Positions 47,611 to 55,871 of a DNA stretch of 64,000 nucleotides are shown piece after piece. A program made the position numbers and the translations under genes. Under the pieces are notes generated by a model. That model ran no database searches, had not been told where the DNA came from, and saw only the letters and a program-made list of their open reading frames with translations. Every line of letters begins with the position of its first letter. Position 1 is the first letter of the stretch. Source of the stretch: Thermoanaerobaculia bacterium (GTDB taxonomy: Bacteria > Acidobacteriota > Thermoanaerobaculia > UBA5066); NCBI GenBank assembly GCA_963719225.1, contig CAVRAY010000002.1:32001-96000 (forward strand), written 5' to 3'.

Positions 47611-48040
47611 CGCCATCGGCCTCCGACCCGCCCGTCCCGCGGTCCGCGTTTATCCGGGCGCGCGGGAAGCGGGCCTCCACCGTCGTCTGAATGCCGCCGC
47701 GTGGCGTGAAGGCGCCCCGCACGGACATCCGGCGCGGCCGGAGCGCGCGAACGAGATCCTCGAGGACCCGGTTCACGACGTTCTCGTTGAAGATGCCGAG
47801 GCTCCGGTAAGCGTTCACGTATTCCTTCAAGGACTTCAGCTCCACGCACCGGCGTTCGGGAACGTACGTCACCGAGAGCGTGGCGAAGTCGGGAAGGCCG
47901 GTCTTCGGGCAGATCGACGTGAACTCGGGGATCGTGATGACGATCTCGTAGTCGGACGGGTACTGGGACGGCCAGGTCTCGAGCTTCGGCAGCGGATCCG
48001 ACACCCCCGAGGCCGCGTGGCGATCCGTGGTGCGGGCCAT
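47525..48040 (-). CDS. queF: NADPH-dependent preQ0 reductase, with C-terminal extension
   Basis: PEFTSICPKTGLPDF, VELKSLKEY, FTPRGGI. Confidence 0.92.
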   Translation of the reverse strand: MARTTDRHAASGVSDPLPKLETWPSQYPSDYEIVITIPEFTSICPKTGLPDFATLSVTYVPERRCVELKSLKEYVNAYRSLGIFNENVVNRVLEDLVRALRPRRMSVRGAFTPRGGIQTTVEARFPRARINADRGTGGSEADGATSARASRRRSPAGSSRRSGDGGRPRAR

Positions 48041-48093
48041 GTGACGAGGATAACGCGAGGGAAAGGAGCGGCACGTTTTGTGCGAAGATCGGC

Positions 48094-48807
48094 ATGATCA
48101 TGGGCCTCACGCCGGAAAAGCGCGCCGCGCTCCTCAAGGACGTCCGCCAGCTCGTTCTGATGGCCGCCATCATCCTGACGGGACGCTCCGTTCTGGCCGA
48201 CTGGTACGTCGTTCCGACGGGGTCCATGAAGCCCACGATCCTCGAGGGCGACCGCGTCTTCGTCTGGAAGTCCGCATACCAATTCCGGATTCCCTTCTCG
48301 AAGGTCCGCCTCTTCCAGACCGGGGCGCCGAAGCGCGGAGACGTCGTCGTCATCCGCAACCCCGACGGCGGGAGCGTGCCGTTCGTCAAGCGCCTCGTCG
48401 GCCTGCCGGGAGACGTCGTCGAGCTCCGGAACGAGACGCTCTACGTGAACGGGAAGATCCAGCCCGTCGACTTTTTGCCCGAGCAGAAGAACGAGGACGG
48501 CGAGCCGATTCTCCTCGGCAACGAGAACCTCGGGGGCCGCACGCACCCCGTCCGGGTCCTGCCCGAACGCCCGGCGTTCCGCACGTTCGGCCCGATCACG
48601 GTGCCCGAGGGCGAGGTCTTCCTCATGGGAGACAATCGCGACGAGAGCCGTGACGCGCGCTTCTTCGGCACGCGTCCCGTCCGGGACCTTCTCGGCCGGG
48701 CGGTCGGCATCATGTGGAGCTGGAACCAGCAGTTCTTCAAGGGCCCTCGCTGGTCGCGCATCGGCCGCCCCTTCATCACGGACGTCCGCGGCGCCACGCC
48801 GAACTGA
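48094..48807 (+). CDS. lepB: Signal peptidase I
   Basis: VPTGSMKPTI..GDR, RGDVVV, VKRLVGLPGD, MGDNRDES.D.R.FG. Confidence 0.93.
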   Translation: MIMGLTPEKRAALLKDVRQLVLMAAIILTGRSVLADWYVVPTGSMKPTILEGDRVFVWKSAYQFRIPFSKVRLFQTGAPKRGDVVVIRNPDGGSVPFVKRLVGLPGDVVELRNETLYVNGKIQPVDFLPEQKNEDGEPILLGNENLGGRTHPVRVLPERPAFRTFGPITVPEGEVFLMGDNRDESRDARFFGTRPVRDLLGRAVGIMWSWNQQFFKGPRWSRIGRPFITDVRGATPN

Positions 48808-48821
48808 TCGCCCTCAGTTCA

Positions 48822-49673
48822 TCAGTTCAAGGCGATCGCCGTGACGAGGACGGGCAGCACGGCGCGCTCCATCTCGAGAGTCTCTTTCTCTCCCGCGCTC
48901 GACACGACGAGGATGAGCCTCCCGTCCGGGGCCCGCGCCCCCGCCACCGAATAGCCGAGCCGCTGCGCGACACCGAGACTGGCCGCGGCGCCCGCCGAGA
49001 GGGCGGAGCCGGGGCGCGTCACGACGACCGACACGAGGCCATCCGGACTCGCGTCCGACGGCCGCCTGAGGATGATGTGGAAGATCTTCTCGCCCGCGGG
49101 AGCGCACTCGTGGGCCGAGACCGGGACGTAGCCGGGAAGGCGCACGGCCGCGGCGCGCGCAGCGGCGGCGAGATGCGGATCGAGGTTCTTCGTGAACGCC
49201 TCGGCCGAGGCCGCTTCATGCGGCCACTTCTGGGCTCGCGCGCAGTTCTTGTGGTTCAGCGCGGCGAAGTCGGCGGCGGCGGCGTCGAGCAGGGCGACTT
49301 CGTTTACGGCGCGCGAGGCCTCCGGTCCCGCCGCTCGCGAAAGGACGAGCCATCCCGTCACTCCCGCTCCGAGGATGAGCGATGCCGCGAGGAGAAGCCC
49401 TCTCATCGGGCGCTGGATGGGCGTCTTCAGGAGGCGGGCATGGACTTCGTCCTCGAATCCGTCGCGGGGTCCGGGCGTCGCGCCGGCGACGCGTCGAAAC
49501 GCCGCGCGGAGCTTCTCGCGGGCGTCCGACTCGGCGCGGCACTGCGGGCACCGTTCGAGGTGCTCCAGGATCTCGTGGGAAAGATCGACGGAAAGCTCTC
49601 CGGCGAGATAGGAATCCAGTCGCCGGCGCACCTTGGCGCAGGCGTAATCGCGGAGCTGGAGCGGAGCGGTCAC
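48822..49673 (-). CDS. Zinc-binding (zf-HC2/ZAS) anti-sigma factor with TM and extracytoplasmic domain
   Basis: C....L..YL.GEL..HLERCPQC, then TM; GTGA overlap with the sigma gene. Confidence 0.85.
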   Translation of the reverse strand: MTAPLQLRDYACAKVRRRLDSYLAGELSVDLSHEILEHLERCPQCRAESDAREKLRAAFRRVAGATPGPRDGFEDEVHARLLKTPIQRPMRGLLLAASLILGAGVTGWLVLSRAAGPEASRAVNEVALLDAAAADFAALNHKNCARAQKWPHEAASAEAFTKNLDPHLAAAARAAAVRLPGYVPVSAHECAPAGEKIFHIILRRPSDASPDGLVSVVVTRPGSALSAGAAASLGVAQRLGYSVAGARAPDGRLILVVSSAGEKETLEMERAVLPVLVTAIALN

Positions 49674-50248
49674 GGGGTTCCTCCTTCGGCGGCGGGACGG
49701 ACCGCGAAAGGCGCGGCGGCCGCGGTCCCGCGCACCTTCTCGCGAAGCGCGCTCCGGGCCCGGGAGAGGCGGGACATGACGGTGCCGATCGGCACGCGCA
49801 GGATCGTCGAAATCTCCTTGTACGTGAACTCCTCGACGTCGGACAGGAGGAGGATTTGCCGGTGCTCGGAAGAGAGCGCCTCGAGAGCGGAGGTGATCTC
49901 CTCGTCCCGGATCTCCGTCGGCGTCGGCTCCTCGGCCGCGAGTGTCTCGGCGATGCGCGACTCGCCTTCCGCGCCGAGAGGGACCGGGACCTTTTTCCGC
50001 GCCCTCTGCTGGTTCACGTTCCAGAGGATCCGGTACAGCCACGCGCGGCAGTTCGTGCCGCGCTCGAACCGCTCGAAAGACTTCCAGGCCTGGAGAAAAA
50101 CCTCCTGTGCGAGGTCCTCGGCTTCCTGAGGGCGCCGTGTCAGGCGGAGCGCGGCGCGATAGATCTCCCGGAAGTGAGGCCACGCCTCGCGGTCGAAATC
50201 CTCCCGAACCCGGTCGATCGGCGCGGGACGGAGCGAGAAGAGTCCCAT
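49670..50248 (-). CDS. ECF RNA polymerase sigma factor
   Basis: AEDLAQEVF..W..FERGTN.RAWLYRI, YKEI..L.VPIGTVMSRLSRAR. Confidence 0.93.
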   Translation of the reverse strand: MGLFSLRPAPIDRVREDFDREAWPHFREIYRAALRLTRRPQEAEDLAQEVFLQAWKSFERFERGTNCRAWLYRILWNVNQQRARKKVPVPLGAEGESRIAETLAAEEPTPTEIRDEEITSALEALSSEHRQILLLSDVEEFTYKEISTILRVPIGTVMSRLSRARSALREKVRGTAAAAPFAVRPAAEGGTP

Positions 50249-50269
50249 CAGGTCATTCTTTCGCAGGGA

Positions 50270-50296
50270 GATGCGCCGGGTCGAAGGAATTATTCC
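50270..50296 (-). promoter_or_regulatory. Putative ECF autoregulatory promoter GGAAT-N17-GCATC
   Basis: Minus-strand GGAAT (50292-50296) and GCATC (50270-50274), ~20 nt upstream of the sigma ATG. Confidence 0.45.
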
Positions 50297-50343
50297 CTTC
50301 CGCCCTTGCTCCGAATGCAGTCTAGACTTAATCTAAGATCGTA

Positions 50344-50763
50344 GTGGACACACGGACCATGCTTTCCGGCCGCCTCAGAGAGAAGGGCCTCCGGGTCACG
50401 CAGCAGCGCGTGGCCGTGCTCGAGTACCTGCTCACGACGCCGCGACATCCGACGGCGGAAGAGGTCGGGGCCGCGGTCAATCGCGCGGTGCCGACCGCGT
50501 CGAGAGCGTCGGTCTACAACGTCCTGCATTCGCTGAAGGAGAGCGGCCTCATCGAGGAGCTCGTCCTCGACGACGCGGTTGCCCGCTACGACGCGAACCT
50601 CGAGCGCCACCACCACTTCATCTGCCGGGCTTGCGGCGGGGTCGAGGATGTGCCGTTCGAGACGTTTCGCGAAGCGCCGCGCGCGCGCCTCGCGGAGGGC
50701 CACATCGTGGAGGACTACACCGTCACCCTGCGGGGGGTCTGCCCGCACTGCGCGAAGGCGTGA
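50344..50763 (+). CDS. Fur/PerR family transcriptional repressor
   Basis: GLRVTQQR, HPTAEEV, SVYNVL, RYDAN..HHHFICRACG.VED, GVCPHC. Confidence 0.93.
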   Translation: MDTRTMLSGRLREKGLRVTQQRVAVLEYLLTTPRHPTAEEVGAAVNRAVPTASRASVYNVLHSLKESGLIEELVLDDAVARYDANLERHHHFICRACGGVEDVPFETFREAPRARLAEGHIVEDYTVTLRGVCPHCAKA

Positions 50764-50793
50764 GGGCCTAGACTCCGCCCGAAAGGCGCGCGC

Positions 50794-51255
50794 ATGGGGC
50801 TCGAGATCGAGAGGAAGTTCCTCGTGACGGGCACGGCGTGGAAAAGCCGCACCAAGGGAGTGCCTACGCGCCAGGGATATCTCTCGGCGGTCCCGGGCCG
50901 GACGGTTCGCGTGAGGGTCGCCGGGAAGCGCGGTTTCCTGACGGTCAAGGGCAGGACCCGGGGCCTTTCGCGCGCCGAGTTCGAGTACGCGATTCCGGTC
51001 CGGGACGCGAAGGCCCTCCTCGACCTCTGCAGGAAACCTCTCGTCGAGAAGACGCGCTATCGGATTCCTTTCGGCTCTCACACGTGGGAAGTGGACGAGT
51101 TCCACGGCGCGAATGCCGGCCTCGTCGTGGCCGAGGTGGAGCTCGAGAGCGCCGACGAAGAGCCCGTTCTCCCGCCCTGGGTCGGCCGGGAAGTCTCGGG
51201 CGTCACCCGCTATTACAACGTGAACCTCGTGAAGAGGCCTTACACGACCTGGTGA
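50794..51255 (+). CDS. CYTH domain protein
   Basis: EIERKFLV, QGYL, VRVR, EFEY.IP, KTRY, WEVDEF.G.N.GLVVAEVEL. Confidence 0.93.
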   Translation: MGLEIERKFLVTGTAWKSRTKGVPTRQGYLSAVPGRTVRVRVAGKRGFLTVKGRTRGLSRAEFEYAIPVRDAKALLDLCRKPLVEKTRYRIPFGSHTWEVDEFHGANAGLVVAEVELESADEEPVLPPWVGREVSGVTRYYNVNLVKRPYTTW

Positions 51256-51271
51256 GCCGGCCTCAGGACCG

Positions 51272-52567
51272 CTAGCGCTTCTCCATGGGGACGTAGTTCC
51301 GCCGCGCGTTTCCCGTGAAGACCTGCCGCGGCCGCGCGATCTTCTGCTCGCTGTCGCCCAGCATCTCCTGCCACTGCGCGAGCCATCCGGCCGTGCGCGG
51401 GATCGCGAAGAGCACCGTGAAGAACGCCGTGTGGAAACCCATCGCCTCGTAGATGAGGCCCGAGTAGAAGTCCACGTTCGGATAGAGCTTCCTCTTGACG
51501 AAATAGTCGTCCTGCAGCGCGATGCGCTCGAGCTCGAGCGCGATGGCGAGGAGGGGGTTCTTGCCCGTCACCTCGAACACCTGCTCGGCGAGCTTCTTGA
51601 TGACCGTCGCGCGCGGGTCGTAGTTCTTGTAGACGCGGTGGCCGAAGCCCATGAGGCGCTTCTCCCCATGACCCTCCTTGACGTCCTTCACGAAGGCCGG
51701 GACGTTCTTGACGTCGCCGAGCTCGTGAAGCATCCGGAGGACGGCTTCGTTCGCGCCGCCGTGCAGCGGCCCGTAGAGCGCCCCCGTGGCGGCCGCGACG
51801 GACGAGTACGGGTCGGTCTGCGCCGAGCCGACCGAGCGCATCGCGTTCGTCGAGCAGTTCTGCTCGTGGTCGGCGTGAAGGATGAAGAGGACGTCGAGCG
51901 CCCTCTCGAGGACCGGGTTCGGGACGTACCGCGGCTCGGCCATCTTCTTCATCATCGACAGGAAATTGCCCGTGTAGGAAAGCTCGTTGTCCGGGTAGAC
52001 GTACGGGAAACCGATGGAATGCCGGTACACGAAGGCCGCGATCGTGGGCATCTTCGAGATGAGCCGGACGATGTGATGGTCGCGCGACGTCACGTCGAAG
52101 ATCTGCTTCGCGTCCGGGTAGAACGTCGACAGCGCGCCGACCGTCGAGAGCAGCATGCCCATCGGGTGCGCGTCGTGCCGGAAGCCCTCCATGAGCTTCT
52201 TCACGTTCTCGTGGAGGTACGTGTGCATCGTGACGTGGTTCGTGAACTCCTTCAGCTCGCCCGCCGTCGGCAGCTCTCCCTTGAGGAGGAGCCAGGCGAC
52301 CTCGAGGAAGGTCGATTTCTCGGCCAGCTCCTCGATCGGGTATCCCCGGTATTCGAGGATTCCCTTGTCGCCATCGATGAACGTGATCGCGGACTTGCAC
52401 GACGCCGTGTTCGTGAACGCGGGGTCGTAGGTCATGAGGCCGAAGTCCTTCTCGTCGACCTTGATCTTGCGCAGGTCCATGGCGCGAATCGTCCCGTTCT
52501 CGACGGGCACCTCGTACGCCTTCCCGGTACGGTTGTCGGTGATCGAGAGGGTGCTTTTTTCAGCCAT
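51272..52567 (-). CDS. gltA: Citrate synthase
   Basis: IDGDKGILEYRGY, LHADHEQNCST, GPLHGGANE, MGFGHRVYKNYDPR, YPNVDFYSG. Confidence 0.97.
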   Translation of the reverse strand: MAEKSTLSITDNRTGKAYEVPVENGTIRAMDLRKIKVDEKDFGLMTYDPAFTNTASCKSAITFIDGDKGILEYRGYPIEELAEKSTFLEVAWLLLKGELPTAGELKEFTNHVTMHTYLHENVKKLMEGFRHDAHPMGMLLSTVGALSTFYPDAKQIFDVTSRDHHIVRLISKMPTIAAFVYRHSIGFPYVYPDNELSYTGNFLSMMKKMAEPRYVPNPVLERALDVLFILHADHEQNCSTNAMRSVGSAQTDPYSSVAAATGALYGPLHGGANEAVLRMLHELGDVKNVPAFVKDVKEGHGEKRLMGFGHRVYKNYDPRATVIKKLAEQVFEVTGKNPLLAIALELERIALQDDYFVKRKLYPNVDFYSGLIYEAMGFHTAFFTVLFAIPRTAGWLAQWQEMLGDSEQKIARPRQVFTGNARRNYVPMEKR

Positions 52568-52671
52568 CGTGTCCTTCCTGCTGCGAGACAGGCCCGATCG
52601 AGTCCGGAGATTCTAGCCCCGTGCCACGGTGGCAGAGCTTTCGCGGCCAAACCCTTGCTTAGAATGCCCCC

Positions 52672-53499
52672 GTGAACCTCCGCCGTCATTTCCTCGAAGC
52701 CGCCACGCTCGTCCTTCTCGCGGTCCTCTGCGCCCTCGTCGCGAACGCGCTCGCGTCGCGCGAGCGCAAGCTCGCGCTCGTCGGAAATTACCCGAACGCG
52801 CTGAAGGTCCCGGAGAAGAAGACCGGGGAAAAGACCGGGAATTCTTCCGCTTCCCTCGCTGATCCACCCGGCTCTCCCGCTCCTGCTGGCTCCGGTGCAG
52901 AGGCACCGTCCGAAGGTTCTTCGAAAGGTAATGGGGCGGGAGCCGCCGCCTCGGCGCCCCTCGCGAGCAGCGCCGGCGCACGAGGATCGGCCAAATTACC
53001 CTTCGAGGAAAAGCGCCCTGGCCCAGCCACTGTGTCCGCCCCGAAGGCCACCGCCCCTCCGCAAGGGTCCGAAGCAAAGATCTCTTCCTCTTCTTCTTCT
53101 TCTTCTTCCTCCCCCGCCGACCTCGTCAAACGCTTTCCGCCTCACAACAAGCCCTACGTCGAGATCTCCGGCGACGACGCCGCGTGGCTCGTCGCGCACG
53201 GCGCGCTCGTGGTGGACGCGCGCCGCACGAAGGACTACGAGGCAGGACACATCGCCGGCGCGCGCAGCGTCGCCGTCTGGGAGAGCGACGTCGATTCCCG
53301 CGTGACCGCTCTCGTCGGCGAGGGCCGCGACGGCGCGATCCCGGTCGTCCTCTATTGCTCCGGCGGCGACTGCGAGGACTCGCACATGCTCGCCCAGAAG
53401 CTCTTCGGCGCGGGCTTCAACAACCTCCTCGTGTATCGCGACGGCTGGCCCGACTGGGTCTCCCGCAAGGGCAAGAGCGCGACAGGCCCCGAGTCGTGA
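52672..53499 (+). CDS. Membrane-anchored rhodanese-like domain protein with low-complexity linker
   Basis: N-terminal TM; VDAR..YEAGHIAGA, LYCSGGDCEDS, Y.DGWPDW. Confidence 0.85.
   Translation: MNLRRHFLEAATLVLLAVLCALVANALASRERKLALVGNYPNALKVPEKKTGEKTGNSSASLADPPGSPAPAGSGAEAPSEGSSKGNGAGAAASAPLASSAGARGSAKLPFEEKRPGPATVSAPKATAPPQGSEAKISSSSSSSSSSPADLVKRFPPHNKPYVEISGDDAAWLVAHGALVVDARRTKDYEAGHIAGARSVAVWESDVDSRVTALVGEGRDGAIPVVLYCSGGDCEDSHMLAQKLFGAGFNNLLVYRDGWPDWVSRKGKSATGPES
53083..53112 (+). repeat. In-frame (TCY)10 microsatellite encoding Ser10, including (TCT)6
   Basis: tct tcc tct tct tct tct tct tct tcc tcc. Confidence 0.9.
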
Positions 53500-53963
53500 C
53501 GCCGAAGGAAGCGCTCGCCTCGCCCTGGCTCACGGTCCGCGTGCAGATCGCGCTCGGCGTCTTCTTCATCGCCGCGGCGCTGCCGAAGCTCGTCGACCCG
53601 CCGTCCTTCGCCCACATGATCTACAACTACCGGCTCGTGCCGGGCGCGTTCGTGAATCTCATGGCGCTCGCGATGCCCTGGCTCGAGCTCCTCGCCGGCC
53701 TCGGGCTCATCCTCGGGGTCTGGACGCGCGCGTCGGCCGGCCTCGTCGCGGCGCTTCTCCTCGTCTTCGTCGTCGCGATCGCGGTAAACCTCGCGCGCGG
53801 CAACGCGATCGACTGCGGCTGCTTCGACGTGACGGCGGCGAACAGGACCGTCGACGAGCGCCTCGCCGCGATGCGCCTCGACATCCTGCGTGATCTCGGC
53901 ATGCTCCTCATGGTCGTCCAGGTTTTCTGGACCAAGGCATGGAACCCGGCTCGTGGACGCTAG
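53496..53963 (+). CDS. MauE/DoxX family redox-associated membrane protein
   Basis: F..AALPKL.DP..FA..I.NY, PWLE..G, RG..IDCGCF; GTGA overlap with the rhodanese gene. Confidence 0.88.
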   Translation: MTPKEALASPWLTVRVQIALGVFFIAAALPKLVDPPSFAHMIYNYRLVPGAFVNLMALAMPWLELLAGLGLILGVWTRASAGLVAALLLVFVVAIAVNLARGNAIDCGCFDVTAANRTVDERLAAMRLDILRDLGMLLMVVQVFWTKAWNPARGR

Positions 53964-54837
53964 GGGCGGGAAGTTCCTCCGCCGGTACCGGGTCACGAAG
54001 GGGACGAAGTTCCGGCTGAAGGACCATTCCCCGGGGGACACGGGCTCACTCCACGCGAACAAGCAGAATGCCCGCGCTCTCCTTCAGAGGGACATCGCGC
54101 GCCTCGCGGTCCTGCAGGACAGGCTGTACGCGCAGGACCGCTGGGCGATCCTCCTGATCTTCCAGGCCATGGATGCCGCGGGCAAGGACGGCACGATCAA
54201 GCACGTCATGTCGGGCGTGAATCCGCAGGGCTGCGAGGTCTATTCGTTCAAGGTGCCGTCGGCCGAGGATCTCGACCACGACTTTCTGTGGCGCACGACG
54301 AAGAGCCTTCCGGAACGCGGCCGGATCGGAATCTTCAATCGCTCGTACTACGAAGAGGTCCTCGTCGTGCGCGTCCATCCCGATCTTCTCGAGAGGCAGA
54401 AGCTCGCACCGCGCCTCGTGACGAAGGAGCTCTGGAGTGAGCGCTACGAGAGCATCGCCGACCTCGAGCGCCATCTCGCGCGGAACGGGACCGTCATCCT
54501 GAAGTTCTTCCTGAACGTGTCGCGCAAGGAGCAGAAGAGGCGCTTTCTCGAGCGTCTCGACGAGCCCGACAAGAACTGGAAGTACTCGGAGACCGATGCG
54601 AAGGAACGCGCGCACTGGAAGGAGTACATGCAGGCGTACGAGGATGCGATCCGGGCGACGGCGACTCCCGACGCCCCGTGGTACGTCGTGCCCGCGGACA
54701 ACAAGTGGTTCACCCGACTCGTCGTGGGCGCGGCGATCATCGACGCGATGGAAGCGCTCGACCTCAGGTACCCGAAGGTGGACCGGGTGAAGAAGGCCGA
54801 GCTCGCGGCCGCGCGGAGGCTGCTGGAAAGCGAGTAG
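53953..54837 (+). CDS. ppk2: Polyphosphate kinase 2 family protein (class III-like)
   Basis: FQAMDAAGKDG, NPQG, HDFLWR, FNRSYYEEVL, PWYVVPADNKW. Confidence 0.94.
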   Translation: MDARGGKFLRRYRVTKGTKFRLKDHSPGDTGSLHANKQNARALLQRDIARLAVLQDRLYAQDRWAILLIFQAMDAAGKDGTIKHVMSGVNPQGCEVYSFKVPSAEDLDHDFLWRTTKSLPERGRIGIFNRSYYEEVLVVRVHPDLLERQKLAPRLVTKELWSERYESIADLERHLARNGTVILKFFLNVSRKEQKRRFLERLDEPDKNWKYSETDAKERAHWKEYMQAYEDAIRATATPDAPWYVVPADNKWFTRLVVGAAIIDAMEALDLRYPKVDRVKKAELAAARRLLESE

Positions 54838-54843
54838 CCGCGG

Positions 54844-55854
54844 TCACTTCTTCTCGAGGTGGCCTCCGAAGCCGTAGCGCATCGCCGACAGCACCTTGTT
54901 CTGGAAGAGGTCGGCTCCCCGCGAGGCGAAACGCTCGAAGAGGGACGCGGTGAGAACGTGCGCGGGCACACCCTCGTCGTTCGCGGCCGCGAGCGTCCAG
55001 CGGCCTTCGCCCGAGTCGGAGACCTCGCCGCCGAACTTCTCCAGGTCGTGGTCGCCCGCGAGCGCCGCGGCCGTGAGATCCAGGAGCCAGGAGGACACGA
55101 CGCTGCCGCGACGCCACAGCTCCGTGATGTCGGCGAGGTCGAGTTCGTACTGGTAGTGCTCGGGGTTGCGCAGCGGGGTCGTTTCCGCGTCTTTTTCGTG
55201 CGTCCCCTTGCCGACGTTCGCGTTCCTGAGGATGTTCAGGCCCTCGGCGTACGCGGCCATGAGCCCGTACTCGATGCCGTTGTGGACCATCTTGACGAAA
55301 TGTCCCGCGCCCGAAGCGCCGCAATGCAGGTAGCCGTGCTCGGCTGTGCCGCCGAGCTTCTCCCGTCCCGGAGTCCGCTCGATCGTCCCGGGCCCCGGCG
55401 CGAGCGTCGCAAAGAGCGGTTCGAGCCGCTTCACGACCTCGGTCTCCCCGCCGATCATCAGGCAATAGCCGCGCTCGAGACCCCAGACGCCGCCGGACGT
55501 TCCCATGTCGATGTAGTGAAGGCCGCGCTCCTTCAGCCTTTTCGCGCGCGCGATGTCGTCGTGGTAATGGGAGTTGCCGCCGTCGATGATCGTGTCGTCC
55601 TTCTCGAGGAGGGGTTCGAGCTCCGCGATCGACGCTTCCACGAAGGCGGCGGGGACCATGAGGCAGATGGCGCGCGGCCTTTCCAGCTTCTTCACGAACT
55701 CCGCGAGGGAGCCCGCGCCCGCCGCGCCCTCCTTCGCGAGCGCGTCGACGGCGGCGCGCGAGCGGTCGTACACGACGCACGCGTGCCCACCGCGCTGGAG
55801 CCGTCGCACCATGTTCCCGCCCATCCGTCCGAGTCCGATCATTCCGAGCTGCAT
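54844..55854 (-). CDS. gnd: Decarboxylating 6-phosphogluconate dehydrogenase (short form)
   Basis: [49 protein letters not shown]. Confidence 0.95.
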   Translation of the reverse strand: MQLGMIGLGRMGGNMVRRLQRGGHACVVYDRSRAAVDALAKEGAAGAGSLAEFVKKLERPRAICLMVPAAFVEASIAELEPLLEKDDTIIDGGNSHYHDDIARAKRLKERGLHYIDMGTSGGVWGLERGYCLMIGGETEVVKRLEPLFATLAPGPGTIERTPGREKLGGTAEHGYLHCGASGAGHFVKMVHNGIEYGLMAAYAEGLNILRNANVGKGTHEKDAETTPLRNPEHYQYELDLADITELWRRGSVVSSWLLDLTAAALAGDHDLEKFGGEVSDSGEGRWTLAAANDEGVPAHVLTASLFERFASRGADLFQNKVLSAMRYGFGGHLEKK

Positions 55855-55871
55855 GACTGCTCCTTACGACT

